DNA of 64,000 nucleotides, taken from NCBI GenBank assembly GCA_005799065.1, contig SYHW01000037.1, positions 18,575-82,574 on the forward strand, in the 5' to 3' direction. Both the position numbers and the translations under genes were made by a program. Source of the stretch: Bacteroidota bacterium (GTDB lineage: Bacteria > Bacteroidota > Bacteroidia > UBA7662). Shown here in pieces: positions 63,357 to 64,000 of the stretch (positions are counted from its first letter, which is position 1; every line of letters begins with the position of its first letter). The notes beneath the pieces were generated by a model. The model was not told the origin of the DNA. It saw only the letters and a program-made list of their open reading frames with translations, and ran no database searches.

Positions 63357-64000
63357 ATGGCCAACAGCGCATATGGATTGGATTTCTCCACCACCGAAAA
63401 CCAGCGAATGATTGCCGAAATGGTGCAGACATTCGCTGCCCGTCATATCAAGCCCCAAATGATGGAGTGGGATGAGTCGCAAGAATTCCCTGTTCACGTA
63501 TTCAAAGAACTGGGCAAAATGGGACTGATGGGCGTTTTGGTGCCCGAGACCTATGGAGGAAGCGGCTTCGGATACTTGGAGTATGTAACGGCCATTCGAG
63601 AGTTGGCCCGGGTAGATGGTTCAATAGGCTTGTCGATGGCCGCCCATAATTCCTTATGCACAGGCCATATTCTTCAGTTTGGTAGCGAAGAACAAAAACA
63701 ACGATGGCTGCCTAAATTGGCCACGGCTGAATGGATTGGTGCATGGGGATTGACCGAGCCCAATACGGGTTCGGATGCGATGAGGATGATGACCATTGGC
63801 CGTCAAGATGGCGACTATTGGGTTATTAATGGTGCCAAGTGCTGGATTACACACGGCAAGTCGGGCGATGTGGCTGTTGTAATGGTCAGAACAGGCGAAT
63901 TGCTCGACTCACATGGCATGACCGCTTTTGTTATTGAAAAGGGGCATCCTGGATTCAGTAGCGGACGGAAAGAGAATAAATTGGGAATGCGGGCGTCTGA
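63357..64000 (+). CDS. Acyl-CoA dehydrogenase (partial, runs off the window end)
   Basis: My own translation from ATG 63357 gives MANSAYGLDFSTTENQRMIAEMV...GAWGLTEPNTGSDA...WITHG. No stop occurs before base 64000, so it is absent from the ORF track. Confidence 0.85.
   Translation, partial: MANSAYGLDFSTTENQRMIAEMVQTFAARHIKPQMMEWDESQEFPVHVFKELGKMGLMGVLVPETYGGSGFGYLEYVTAIRELARVDGSIGLSMAAHNSLCTGHILQFGSEEQKQRWLPKLATAEWIGAWGLTEPNTGSDAMRMMTIGRQDGDYWVINGAKCWITHGKSGDVAVVMVRTGELLDSHGMTAFVIEKGHPGFSSGRKENKLGMRAS

Overview
Gene-dense chromosomal segment with about 57 protein genes and one tRNA. I found no rRNA, CRISPR array, transposase or integrase. T9SS C-terminal sorting domains, many TAnnTTTG -7 promoter boxes close to start codons, and the lpxK/lnt/pssA envelope genes point to a Bacteroidota genome; no finer placement is possible from sequence alone. 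Most of the content is housekeeping: dnaE, trxA, miaE, priA, pepA, pdxA, rpmF, fabH, efp, accBC, lpxK, lnt, rsmI, purS, pssA, queG, nfu, selD, mnmH and tRNA-Pro. Items worth a second look: (1) DnaE with a complete epsilon-like DEDDh exonuclease fused to its N-terminus. (2) A stand-alone bacterial nitric-oxide synthase oxygenase gene at the tail of a co-directional GT2 / GT-C / GT-C glycosyltransferase row. (3) The distal GT-C gene is flanked by partial copies of both of its own ends, and an AT-rich mini-cassette encoding a small T9SS-sorted protein sits between the 5' copies. (4) A 2Fe-2S ferredoxin translationally coupled to queG. (5) A GH3-family gene overlapping a LysE exporter gene. (6) An untracked 36-codon membrane ORF after an NSS transporter. 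(7) An unusually high density of short tandem duplications, in frame inside coding linkers and tails, and also in intergenic leaders. All functional calls come from motif-level reading of the supplied translations. No database search, folding or statistics were run.
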